NCBI RefSeq assembly: GCF_036321535.1
Contig: NC_087437.1
Coordinates: forward strand, 33,482,001 to 33,546,000
From: Camelus dromedarius
Taxonomy: Eukaryota
Direction of reading: 5' to 3'
DNA length: 64,000 nucleotides
This document shows, piece after piece, positions 49,876 to 61,740 of the stretch. The position numbers and the translations under genes were made by a program. Position 1 is the first letter of the stretch. Every line of letters starts with the position of its first letter. The notes beneath the pieces were generated by a model, which did no database searches, was not told the origin of the DNA, and saw nothing but the letters and a program-made list of their open reading frames with translations.

Positions 49876-51726
49876 ATCTTGTATTTGACCTTCCATTAAT
49901 CTTGTAAAGTTACATGGAAGAGGAAAACTAATATTTACCGAGTAAGTTTTCTAGTTTTAGCTACTTTAAGTAATTTAAATTCACAAAGGTTATGCACCTT
50001 GTCAATGGTCCCATGTGGCTTTATCACTTGCAAATTTCTTGACATCTGTATTTGCTGACTCCACTTTTAATTCTTGAACTCTAGTAAGTTGATTTCTCTA
50101 TCTTGCTCTCTTCTAAGATCCCAAGACGTTAATCAGTGGTCACCATCATAATAAGACTTCTACTAAACTCTAGGATTGCCCTACAAAGCCCCTCAGCCCA
50201 GCAGCCTTTGTTCCACATGCAATACTAGAAGGACATTTATACATACAGTCTATTTACATGCCCTATTTTATAACTCCTTTTTGTTTTCGTGTAATAGACC
50301 TAAAGATTTAATTTCATAATATTCTGTGATTTTTCTGCAGGTTTCAGAACCTTACTTTAAAACCCAAGTGGTTACCACATTCAATTGTGTGTAGTCATGA
50401 AAAACTGTAGATTCAGGTATCATTGTTTCATTTTCCATCAAAATTTTCTTCTTATTAATAAAATATGGGAGTTAAAAGGGATGGCATTTCAAAATGAAGA
50501 GCTATGGGGAAATTCAAGATACCATTGAGATGATCAAAGAGAAAAATAAATGTCCAGTATATTATTTTGAAAAAAAAATAAGTAAAGAGATGACTTGAAA
50601 ATCACTTGACGGTGGCATTGATGACTTTCAGAGCTACTGCCACTCTGGTGTCATGGGGGTAAGCAGGCCGAAAGGAGTCCTAGTCTCACTCACAGAAGTT
50701 GTAAATAAGATTTCTGATCATTCATCACAAGATGATAAGAAGGGAAGTTTACCATTTGGGGAGTATAGCAAACAAGGCTCAGAAGTTGTTTTCGAAAAGA
50801 TCTATCTTTTTGGGAAAATTTGTGGTGGTTATTAGAAACCGAGCTCCATCTGGGCGATGTTGGGAGGGGTAATAACTAACTTCATTCTGAACCTTTCGGG
50901 CACTTGGAAATTGCCCTGATTTCTCCAGGATGCATCCCCATCTGAACAAGCTGAAAAACAAATGCAGCCAGGTCTTCTGACTTCATTTGTACCCGTGCTA
51001 AGAAAGCAAACACAGTTGTTCGGAGGCAATTAGGGCTGTGGTGCAGAGCACCATTATTTTAAAACTTACCCTTTAGCACAGTTGTGACAAGATAATGAAC
51101 GTGCATTTGCTAGTGTGGGAGTGGAGCAACTGAGAAGGGAGGAAAAATGAGTTCATTGAGTTTTCATGCACCATCAGGTCCAGAGACCTTTCAGTGTGAA
51201 AGGGCCCTTTGTTAGTGCTTCTGGGGAACTCCTCACAGACGAAAGACTATCAGACTATTCCTCCAGGACAAGCCATGACCAGAACAACTGTGCTGTGCCT
51301 GCCTCACCCTGCCCAGCTAGTGCCACTGATGCATTGTGGCTTCCAAGCTGCTCTACCCACTTCCTTCCATCGTGAGATGGACCAGGTCGGCACTCAGCTG
51401 CCCCAGCTCATGAGCCTTCGGGACCACATACTGTCCTGTCCATTCTCTGTCCTCCACCTACAGTATTCTCTGCAGTACTCTTGGCTCCCACTGCTCTTCT
51501 CTGTGGGGAGGCCAGGCAGAAACCTAAGCCTCTTTTTCTCTGTCTCTTGGGTTTCTGATATTTTTCAGCCTCCTTCCAAGACACTTGTCCCCAAGGGCAG
51601 AATTCTTGGCCAGTGGACTGGAATCTGTTCAATTGCTAACAATCCTCACTTTGCCAGGAGGAATTCTCTTTTCTCCGACTTCTTATTTGTGGAAGGTGTT
51701 GGATTAATCAACACTGTCACTGTCCA

Positions 51727-52675
51727 TGGTGGGTGATGTAATGGCCCCCAAAAGATACATCTGTGTCCTAACCCTGGAAACCTGTGAATGTGACTTTATT
51801 TGGAAAAATAAGGTCTTTGGTTCTTTTTTGGAAAAAGAATCATTACAGATGTAATTAAGGATCTGGGTCTCTTGAGATGAGACCATTCTGGATTAGGGAG
51901 GGCCCTAAATCCAATGACAGACGTCCTTATAAGACAGACACGAGGAGGAACAGAGAGAGAAGGCCATGTGAAGATGGGAAGATTGGTTGGAGTCATTATC
52001 AAACCAGACCTGGATTTGCTTGTCTGCGCAATAAAACCAACCCACTGACACCCGGTTGTGGTGAAGGAAAGTGCAGTGTTTACTATAAGGCAATAGCAGT
52101 TAGTGCTCAGAAAGCCCCAACTCCTCGATGGGTTTTTGCAAAGCATTTTAAAGGCCAGGTGAGAGAGGGGAGTCCTGGGGCATTTGATCAGCTTGTGCAC
52201 AGTTCTCTGATTGGCCGATGGTCAGGTAACAGGGCAGTGTCACAGGGATTAATATTGTCCATTTCTTAGGCACCAGTGGGTCTGGGTGCTACTGCTCATG
52301 GTTACCCAGTAGTTAATTTCTTCCATGTGGTGGGGGTTTTAGCATCGGTAAACTCAGGAAATGTGCATCAGAAACTATTATCTGGGTACTTCAGCTTCAG
52401 AGAGGGGTTAAACCAGAGGATGTGGGGCAGGGGTCTGCCCCGGGAAGGCCCCATAGGTCGTGGTTACAGAGTTACAAGCCAAGGAATGTCTAGAGCCATC
52501 AGAAGTTGGAAGAGGCAAAGAAGGATTCTTCCCTAGAGCCTTGAGAGAGAGTGTGACTCCGCTGACACCTTGCTTTTGGCCTTCTGGTCTCCAGAACTGT
52601 GAAAGAATAAATTTCTGTTGTTTTAAGCCATCAAATTTATGGTAATTCATTATGGCAACCCTAGGAAACTAATAA
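51727..52675 (+). mobile_element. MLT1B/C-like MaLR LTR split by an ERV1 LTR
   Basis: aatggcccccaaaagatacatc...ctggaaacctgtgaatgtgac...(insert)...caagccaaggaatg...ccagaactgtgaaagaataaatttctgttgttttaagcca...ctaggaaactaata. Confidence 0.9.
51994..52468 (-). mobile_element. ERV1-type solo LTR nested in MLT1
   Basis: Perfect 4-bp TSD GAGT (51990-51993 and 52469-52472); shares gtgctcagaa..cc..aactcc...ttttaaaggc block with the LTR at 27266-27824. Confidence 0.8.
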
Positions 52676-53374
52676 GCTGTTTTTGCTTTAGCCAGGGATG
52701 GGCTTAGATGAAAATGCTCAATACTAACCTGGATTTGTACTGTAAAAGCTGGGTTTGAGGGTGATTCTTGACAGTGACCATAAAATAGATGACACAAGTG
52801 AATTCTCACTCTGAGAAGGAGAGGATTAATCTACTTCTCCCTTGGGGAGTTTATATATTAGTTGTCAGCACAAGGCTTAAACATTTTTTTAAAATGTTAT
52901 GTTATTACATCATGAGTCATCTTACCTGTAAAGACAGACACGCGACAAAACAAACTGACAAAGCTAAGGAAGAGTGAGTCCAGAGCTCAGAGGGAGGGGT
53001 GGTTGAGTGGGCTGGCAAGCTGCCATGGCCTTGGGGAAGCTGTGTCTGACCAAGAGTGGGCCAGGGAGCGCTGTCTGCCCAGTGCAGACAAGAAGGGATG
53101 GATAGTCTGTAGGAAATTTTTAAAAATAATAAAAACAACTGAAAGTCAATCTGCTTTTTATTATCATCATGGGCCAACAATTAGAAATAATGTCGGTGAC
53201 AAAGCGCTCTTCCCCGTAAATCTTCCATTGGTATTTTTTCCCCACTGATACGTTTTAAACAATTGCTGCAATACTGATGAATTTGACACTATATATATAT
53301 ATATGTACACACATATATATGTATATATATATATATGTTTCAAATGAGCACATTTTTATTACCCTTTTTTTGCC

Positions 53375-53550
53375 TTTTAAAAAATTATTGAAGTGTGGTT
53401 GATTTACAATGTTAGTTTCAGCTGTACAGCAAAGCAATTCAGTTATATACATATATTTATTTTTCAGATTCTTTTCCGTTATATGTTATTACAAGGAATT
53501 GAATATAGTTCCCTGTGCTATGTAGTAGGTCCTTGTTATTTATCTATTTT
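53375..53550 (-). mobile_element. Older L1 3' end (target of the young L1; continues at 60655-60725)
   Basis: tattgaagtgtggttgatttacaatgtt...tgaatatagttccctgtgctatgtagtaggtccttgttatttatctatttt, resuming as atatatagtagtgtatatctgataatcccaaact after the insertion. Confidence 0.9.
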
Positions 53551-53749
53551 TTTAACATTTTTTATTGATTTATAATCATTTTACAATTTTGTGTCAAATT
53601 CCAGTGTTCAGCACAATTTTTCAGTTATTCATGGACATATACACACTCATTGTCACATTTTTTTCTCTGTGAGTTATCATAACATTTTGTGTATATTTCC
53701 CTGTGCTATACAGTGTAGTCTATTCTACAATTTTGAAATCCCAGTCTAT

Positions 53750-53768
53750 CCCTTCCCACCCTCCACCC
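53750..53768 (-). other. G-quadruplex motif in the L1 3'UTR
   Basis: GGGTGGAGGGTGGGAAGGG on the minus strand (four G3 tracts); G-rich tracts are an established L1 3'UTR feature. Confidence 0.7.
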
Positions 53769-53872
53769 GCCGGTAACCACAAGTCTGTATTCTCTGTCTG
53801 TGAGTCTATTTCTGTCCTTTATTTACGCTTTGTTTTTGTTTGTTTGTTTGTTTTTGTTTTTGTTTTTGTTTT

Positions 53873-56800
53873 TTAGATTCCACATATGAGCGATCTCATA
53901 TGGTATTTTTCTTTCTCTTTCTGGCTTACTTCACTTAGAATGACATTCTCCAGGAGCATCCATGTTGCTGCAAATGGCATTATGTTGTCGGTTTTTATGG
54001 CTGAGTAGTATTCCATTGTATAAATATACCACTTCTGCTTTATCCAGTCACCTGTTGATGGACATTTAGGCTGTTTCCACGTTTTGGCTATTGTAAATAG
54101 TGCTGCTATGAACATTGGGGTGCAGGTGTCATCTTGAAGTAGATTTCCTTCTGGATACAAGCCCAGGAGCAGGATTCCTGGGTCATATGGTAAGTCTATT
54201 CCTAGTCTTTTGAGGAATCACCACACTGTTTTCCATAGTGGCTGCACCAAACTGCATTCCCACCAGCAGTGTAGGAGGGTTCCCCTTTCTCCACAGCCTC
54301 TCCAGCATTTGTCATTTGTGGATTTTTGAATGACGGCCATTCTGACTGGTGTGAGGTGATACCTCATTGTAGTTTTGATTTGCATTTCTCTGATAATTAG
54401 TGATATGGAGCATTTTTTCATGTGCTTTTTGATCATTTGTATGTCTTCCTTGGAGAATTGCTTGTTTAGGTCTTCTGCCCATTTTTGGATTGGGTTGTTT
54501 ATTTTTTTCTTATTGAGTCGTATGAGCTGCTTATATATTCTGGAGATCAAGCCTTTGTCGGTTTCACTTGCAAAAATTTTCTCCCATTCCGTAGGTTTTC
54601 TTCTTGTTTTATTTTTGGTTTCCCTTGCTGTGCAGAAGCTTGTAAGTTTCATTAGGTCCCATTTGTTTATTCTTGCTTTTATTTCTTCTAGGAGAAAATT
54701 TTTGAAATGTATGTCAGATAATGTTTTGCCTATGTTTTCCTCTAGGAGGTTTATTGTATCTTGTCTTATGTTTAAGTCTTTAATCCATTTTGAGTTGATT
54801 TTTGTATATGGTGTAAGGGAGTGTTCTAGCTTCATTGTTTTACATGCTGCTGTCCAGTTTTCCCAACACCATTTGCTGAAGAGACTGTCTTTATTCCAAT
54901 GTATATTCTTGCCTCCTTTGTCAAAGATGAGTTGACCAAAAGTTTGTGGGTTCATTTCTGGGCTCTCTATTCTATTCCATTGGTCTATATGTCTGTTTTG
55001 GTACAATACCATGCTGTCTTGATGACTGTAGCTCTATAGTATTGTCTGAAGTCTGGGAGAGTTATTCCTCCAGCCTCTTTCTTTCTCTTCAGTAATGCTT
55101 TGGCAATTCTAGGTCTTTGATGGTTCCATATAAATTTTATTATGATTTTTTCTAGTTCTGTGAAATATGTCCTGGGTAATTGGATAGGGATTGCATTAAA
55201 TCTGTAGATTGCCTTGGGCAGTGTGACCATTTTAACAATATTGATTCTTCCAATCCAAGAGCATGGAATATCTTTCCATTTTTTAAAGTCTTCTTTAATT
55301 TCCTTCATCAATGGTTTATAGTTTTCTGTGTATAATTCTTTCACCTCCTTGGTTAGATTTATTCCCAGATATTTTATTACTTTGGGTGCTATTTTAAAGG
55401 GGATTGTTTCTTTACTTTCTTCTTCTGTTGATTTATCGTTAGTGTAAAGAAATGCAACTGATTTTTGAACGTTAATTTTGTAACCTGCTACCTTGCTGAA
55501 TTCTTCAATCAGCTCTAGTAGCTTTTGTGTGGACCTTTTAGGGTTTTCTATATATAGTAACATGTCATCAGCATATAATGACACTTTTACCTCTTCTTTT
55601 CCAATTTGGATCCCTTTTATTTCTTTCTCTTGCCTGACTGCTGTGGCTAGGACTTCCAGGACTATGTTGAATAGGAGTGGTGATAGTGGGCATCCTTGTC
55701 TTGTCCCAGATTTTAGTGGGAAGCTTTTGAGTTTTTCACCATTGAGTACTATGCTGGCTGTAGGTTTGTCATATATAGCTTTTATTATGTTGAGATATGT
55801 TCCCTCTATACCCACTTTGGCGAGAGTTTTTATCATAAATGTGTGTTGAATTTTATCAAATGCTTTTTCTGCATCGATTGAGATGATCATGTGGTTTTTG
55901 TCCTTTCTCTTGTTGATGTGATGTATTACACTGATTGATTTGCATATGTTGAACTAGCCTTGTGTACCTGGGATGAACCCCACTTGGTCATGATGTATAA
56001 TCTTTTTTATGTGTTGTTGGATTCTATTTGCTAAAATTTTGGTGAGGATTTTGGCGTCTATGTTCATCAGTGATATTGGCCTATAATTCTCTTTTTTTGT
56101 AGTGTCTTTGCCTGGTTTTGGTATCAGGGTGATGGTGGCTTCATAGAATGAGTTTGGGAGTAATCCCTCCTTTTCAATTGTCTGGAAGAGTTTGAGAAGG
56201 ACTGGTATGAGTTCTTCTTTGTATGTTTGGTAGAATTCCCCAGTGAAGCTGTCCGGTCCTGGACTTTTATTTGTAGGGAGGTTTTTAATTGCTATTTCTA
56301 TTTCCTTTCTAGTGATCGGATTGTTCAAGTGTTCAGATTCTTCTTGATTCAGTTTTGGTGGACAGTATTTTTCCAGAAACTTGTCCATCTCCTCTAGGTT
56401 ATCCAGTTTGGTTCCATATAGTTTTTCATAATATTCTCATATGATATTCTGTATTTCTATTTTGTTTGTTGTAATTTCTCCATTTTCCTTTCTTATTTTG
56501 CTAATTTGTGCTCTCTCTTTTTTCTTCTTTGTGAGTTTGGCCAGAGGTTTGTCGATTTTATTTACTTTTTCAAAAAACCAGCTTTTGGTTTGGTTGATTT
56601 TTTCTATGGTCTTGTTAATCTCTATTGTATTTAATTCCTCTCTGATCTTTATTATTTCCTTCCTTCTGCTGCTTTTTGGGGCTTTTTGTTCTTCTTTTTC
56701 TAATTCATTCAGGTGGTGGGTTAAATTGTTTATTTGAGATTGTTCTTCTTTTTTGAGGAAGGCCTGTATTGCTATAAACTTCCCTCTTAGCACTGCCTTT

Positions 56801-57669
56801 GCTGTGTCCCATAGGTTTTGAGTGGTTGTGCTTTCATTATCATTTGTCTCAAGGTATTTTTTAATTTCAGCTTTGATTTCCTCATTGATCCATTGTTTTT
56901 TCAATAACATATTGTTTAATCTCCATGCTTTCCTTTTTTTCTCCTTTGTTTCTCTGTTGTTGATTTCCAGTTTCATGGCATTGTGGTCAGTAAAGATGCT
57001 TGAGATAATTTCTATCTTCTTAAAATTGTTGAGGTTTCTTTTGTGCCCAAGTACATGATCAATCCTGGAAAATGTTCCATGTGCACTTGAAAAGAATGTA
57101 TATCCTATTTTTTGGGGGTGTAATGCTCTGAAAATATCCACCAAATCTAGTTTTTCTATTGTAGTATTTAATTTCTCTGTTGCCTTGTTTATTTTCTGTC
57201 TGGAAGATCTGTCTAGTGATGTTAATGCAGTGTTAAAATCTCCAACTATGATTGTATTCCCATCAATATCCCCCTTTATCTCTGTTAGTAATTCTTGTAT
57301 GTACTTAGGTGCTCCTATATTGGGTGCATATATATTAACGAGTGTAATATCCTCATCATGTATCACTCCTTTAATCATTATAAAATGTCCTTCTTTATCT
57401 TTCTTTATGGCCTTTGTTTTAAAGTCTATTTTGTCTGAAATCAGTACTGCAACACCTGCTTTTTTGGCTTTTCCATTTGCATGGAATATCCTTTTCCATC
57501 CTTTCACTCTCAATCTATATGTGTCCTTCTCCCTAAAGTGGGTCTCTTGTATGCAGCATATTGAAGGTTCTTGCTTTATTATCCAGTCTGCCACTCTGTG
57601 TCTTTTGACTGGAGCATTTAGTCCATTAACATTTACAGTAATTAATGATAGATGTGTGTTTATTGCCAT
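53873..57669 (-). pseudogene. L1 ORF2p (APE endonuclease, reverse transcriptase, C-terminal CCHC); about 1265 aa if repaired
   Basis: EN motifs [44 protein letters not shown] and [22 protein letters not shown]. Lesions: TGA 56437-56439, TAG 55954-55956, 1-bp deletion at about 55004, TGA 54218-54220. Confidence 0.97.
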
Positions 57670-58072
57670 TTTGAACTTATCTTTGCAGTTGAATTGGTAT
57701 ATCCTCTTTGTTCCTTTCTTCTTCCTTTTGTGGTTTGGTAATTTTCCTTTGTATTATCATGGATTTTATTTAATTTTTGTGACTCCTTTGTAAATTTTTG
57801 GCTTGTGGTTACCCTTTTTTGTAAATCTATCAACCCATTACTATAACTGTTTTTATTAAACTGATAGTAACATGATCTCAAACCCATCCTACTGTTAAAA
57901 AAATTTAAAAAAGAAAGAAAAAATATTCTATATTTCCCTGCCTCCCTCTCCCACTCTCAGTGATTTGTATGTCTTCTTTTATAATTTCATGTTTACTTTA
58001 TTTGTAATTCACGAGTTATCACCTTTCCAGTTGTGTGTTTCTCATTTCTGTAGCATCCTGCTGCTTTTCTAT

Positions 58073-58976
58073 TTAGAATAGCCCTTTCAATATTTCTTTT
58101 AGCATGGGTTTAGTGTTGCTAAACTCCTGCAGCTTTTTTTTTGTCTGTGAAACTCTTTATTTCTCCTTCTATCCTCAAGGATAGCCTTGCTGGATAAAGG
58201 ATCCTAGACTGCATTTTTTTTTCATTCAGGGCTTTGAATATATCTTGCCACTCCCTTCTGGCCTGTAGTGTTTGTGTAGAGAAATCAGCTGAGAGCCTTA
58301 TGGGGGTTCCCTTGTAACTTACTCTTTGCTTTTCTCTTGCTGCCTTTAGAATCATTTCTTTATCCTTGACTCTGGCCATCTTGATTATGATATGTCTTGG
58401 TGTGGGTCTATTTGGGTTCTTCCTGTTTGGGACCCTCTGAGCTTCCTGTACTTGGATATCTGATTCCTTCTTTAAGTTTGGGAAGTTTTCAGTCATGATT
58501 TCTTCAAAAACCTTTTCAATCCCCTTTGATCTTTCTTCTCCTTCTGGGACCCCTATTATGCGAAGATTGGGACGCTTTATATTATCCCATAGGTCCCTTA
58601 TGCTATTTTCATTATTTTTTATTTGCTTCTCTTGTAGTTCTTCTGAATGGGTGCTTTCTATTGGCCTGTCTTCTAGATCACTAATTTGTTCCTCTGCATT
58701 ATCTAGTCGGCTTTGCACAGCTATTAGATCATTCCTCATCTCTGTCAATGAGTTTACCCATTCTACTTGGCTCTTCTTTATAGCTTCAATTTCATATTTG
58801 ACATATTTTATATCTCTAAACACTATCTCTTTTAATTCCTTCAGCAATTCGATCACTCCTTTTTTGAAATCTTGATCTAGTAGGCTATCGATGTCTATTT
58901 CGTTGATCTTTCTTTCAGGGGATTTCTCTTGTTCTTTTAATTGGGAAAGGTTTTTCTGCCTCTTCATCTTGCTCAT
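58073..58976 (-). pseudogene. L1 ORF1p (coiled coil, RRM, CTD); 300 aa if repaired
   Basis: RDLWDNIKRPNLRIIGVPEGEE, AREK, LQARREW, YPARLS motifs; one extra A in an A9 run (58134-58142) shifts the C-terminus; removing it gives ...FTDKKKLQEFSNTKPMLKEILKGLF*. Confidence 0.95.
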
Positions 58977-59379
58977 ACCTCTTTGGCACTGTGGTTTATG
59001 GAGTATCAGTTGTTTATTTTGGTCCTTAAAGATTTTATCTATCTGATGCCTATTTAGGAATAGAACTTAGGAAAAAAAGAAAAAAAAATAAGAGAGAGAA
59101 AATTTTAAAAGAAGGGAGAAAGAGGGTTTGAAAACGGTGTATAATGAATAATAGAAGAGTGAGTTGAAGCAGAGTATTAATCGGGTTGAGACATCCTTTT
59201 AAAACCTTTACAAAAAAAGAGGGGGGGGGGGAGATGAATAGATGTATTTGAAACCTGTGTCTAATCAATAGCAGGACATCAAAACCCAAGAGAAATAGAA
59301 ATGAATTAAGAAGTAAAGATTAAGAGAGTAATAGAAAATAGAACAGGTAAAAACAGATTAAAAAAAAAGGGGGGGGGGT

Positions 59380-60654
59380 CAGTTTGTCGGTGTTCTCCTG
59401 GAGTCTGTGTGCTTTTACTGTGAAGTCTTTCTGTCTTCGTCCTGTTTTGGAAGCTCAGCTTGCTGTTTTCAGAGGCCCTCCGTTGGCGCCCTCTTCTGTG
59501 CTGCTCCCAGCACCTGTCGGCAAGCAGATCGCGCCTCCTCCTAACACGGGGTCAGGTGCAGCTCTCTGCTGTGGGCGGGCGGGTCGCTGCCCCTCCGGAT
59601 GCCGCAGTCAGATGTTGCAGACTGGCCAGGTAGGAGGGCGGGTCGTGCCCCCTCCCAGCACCTCGGTCAGGGGCTGTGTTCCTGCCCGAAAGGCGGGGGG
59701 GGGGGGGGGCGCTCTCCCTCTACCTGCGCCGCCTGTAGTTCAGCTCTCTGTGCGGCTGCGTGCTCCGCCCTGGTCGGCGCTCCGCAGGTGGGCTTGGGGA
59801 AGACCTGTCCCTGCTCTGAGCCAAAACCCAGCTCCTTGTTTGTCTTTGTGGAGCAATTTCTCTGAGGGACCAAGATGGAAGGATCCTATCTGCCCTGTGC
59901 TGCAGGCCAGTCTCGGTCTGGCTTTTGAGGCTGCTAAGCCCTTCGGTGCGGATGCAGGTTTCGCCCCCGCCCCCGCCTGAGTGCTCAACGCGGAGGATAT
60001 GGCGGCTGTGCCTGAGCCCCGCCTCTCTTCCCCCGAAAACTTTCCGCGGGTTTTCAGAGATGGGGGTGTGCACCCTTCCCCCGAGAGCACATCAACCTTG
60101 CTGTTTTATGGAGGGCCCAGGTTGTTCTGCCCTGTGCACCCACAGCCACCGCGCGCAGCCACTTGCGTTCCCCCGAGGCTGCCTCCGTGCAGCCACTTCC
60201 GTCCTCCACCTGGCTTGTGCAGCCTGGCCCTGCCCCCGCTGCCGGCCCGCGTCTCAGGCTGGGTGTTGGGGGGACGCTCTGTGCCCGTTTAACTTAGTTC
60301 TGTCAGTCAAGGGCTGCTCTGTACAGATCCGAGCCTCGGAGGCTCCCCCTCCGTCCCGCTGGCCTCTCAGTTGGAGAGGGGAGACCCAGCGAGCGAGCGC
60401 CAGTCCTCCTTTGCCGCTCCCTCCCCGCGGGACCCATCCTGCGTCCCACGTTGCTTTGCCTTTTGTTCTTTCTTTTTTCCTTTTCTCCTACCAGATTTTT
60501 GGCGTCTTTATCTTTTGAAGAGGGCGATGTTCTGTCAGAGTTCCACAGGTGCTCTGGTTGGCTGAGTGGGTCTGTAGATGTGGGTCTTGGTGTATTTGTG
60601 GGAGAGGGTGACCTGCGAGCGTCCTTCTACTCCGCCATGTTCGAGGGAGCAGAG
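59380..60654 (-). promoter_or_regulatory. L1 5'UTR CpG-rich internal promoter
   Basis: Only CpG-island-like stretch in the window; YY1-type motif AACATGGCG at 60633-60641, 13 nt from the 5' end; GC boxes at 59962-59977. Confidence 0.85.
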
Positions 60655-61740
60655 TATTTATCTATTTTATATATAGTAGTGTATATCTGATAATCCCAAA
60701 CTACTGATTTATCCCTCCCTCACTTCTTTAATAAACACTGAAGTTAATTCAGGTTATGCAGTTGAACCCTGAAAGGCAAAGTCAACTACATGTACTTGTT
60801 AGTCAGTGTATAAGCTCGGGAATTGTTTGAAGTAACTTTGGGACAGTTCATATCTTCAGCACCTGGGGCTGCATATTTCTGTCTGTAAGCAGTAAATTCA
60901 TAAGAAGCATTGACAGTAGGTGGATTTTAAAGACCGAGAAACAACTAGAGTTACTTTAATTCTGTCACTCTATGTAAACACTTTGAAATTCTATTTGCAA
61001 CTGAGTTTTAAAACAGTGAAATTGAGTGAAAATTGCAGGGTGTACTATTTTTGTGTGGTAAGTACAAGTTGTATTTCATACATGAATTAATTCACTGAAT
61101 TTAAATATCTTTAAAATTGAGATGACTTACTTTTAAATCATGAATTGTTTCAAAAGTAAAGAACAGTGCAAGGAAATACAATTATCACTGATTAGCAAGA
61201 TTTTTTTCCCTGAAAATAAATTTTATTGTATTGGGTGAAGTATTAAAAAATGACCCACCATGGGTGTCAAATATATGAGTTATGTCATTATGTGGATGAG
61301 GAAGAGCAGATGTAGAGTTTGAGGAATGAAGGGTTTTAAGTTCACTCCTCCAAATTGAAATCCTTCGCTTACAATTACCCTCATCGATTTGAACATTACT
61401 TTATCAAACATTTTAAAGCAAAAAAATTTATGTAGATAATTAGGATGAGCAGATGTCCTGGACACCTCCAGTTTAAGCCTGTTGCCCAACATCATGGTTA
61501 ATGGAGCTCTCTTCCACTCTCCAGTGTGTGCCATGGGTCATCCTTTAGATGAGGGGCAAGGTGTGCCCACACAGAACAGAGTTTAAAATCTGAAATACTG
61601 TTTGTAGTCCTAAATAAATGGACATGAAGGATCCTCTATTAAGAAGAATGGCAATTGACAACTTTACTGTCAATGGTGAGTTATAAATATTGAATCACCA
61701 GTGAATAGTGAAAGGAGATTATGAGTCTGTTTAAATGGCA

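Larger units (their letters stand above)
53551..60654 (-). mobile_element. Full-length LINE-1 (about 7.1 kb), lineage-specific, inactivated
   Basis: 5'UTR, ORF1, spacer, ORF2 and 3'UTR with AATAAA (53561-53566); perfect 14-bp TSD tatttatctatttt at 53537-53550 and 60655-60668. Confidence 0.98.

Noticed and set aside
50341..50416. Possible plus-strand coding exon (ttttctgcag...cag|gtatca)
   Set aside because: Stop codons in all three frames and a weak donor
59..53452. Numerous 60-206-aa ORFs in the ORF track (e.g. 8954-9574, 37034-37615, 51209-51736)
   Set aside because: Many start at GTG/TTG, overlap repeats or microsatellites, and show no recognisable domain; this is the expected noise in mammalian non-coding DNA
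54375..58875. Long plus-strand hydrophobic ORFs opposite L1 ORF1/ORF2
   Set aside because: Well-known by-product of L1 codon and strand bias (F/L/S/I-rich antisense frames)
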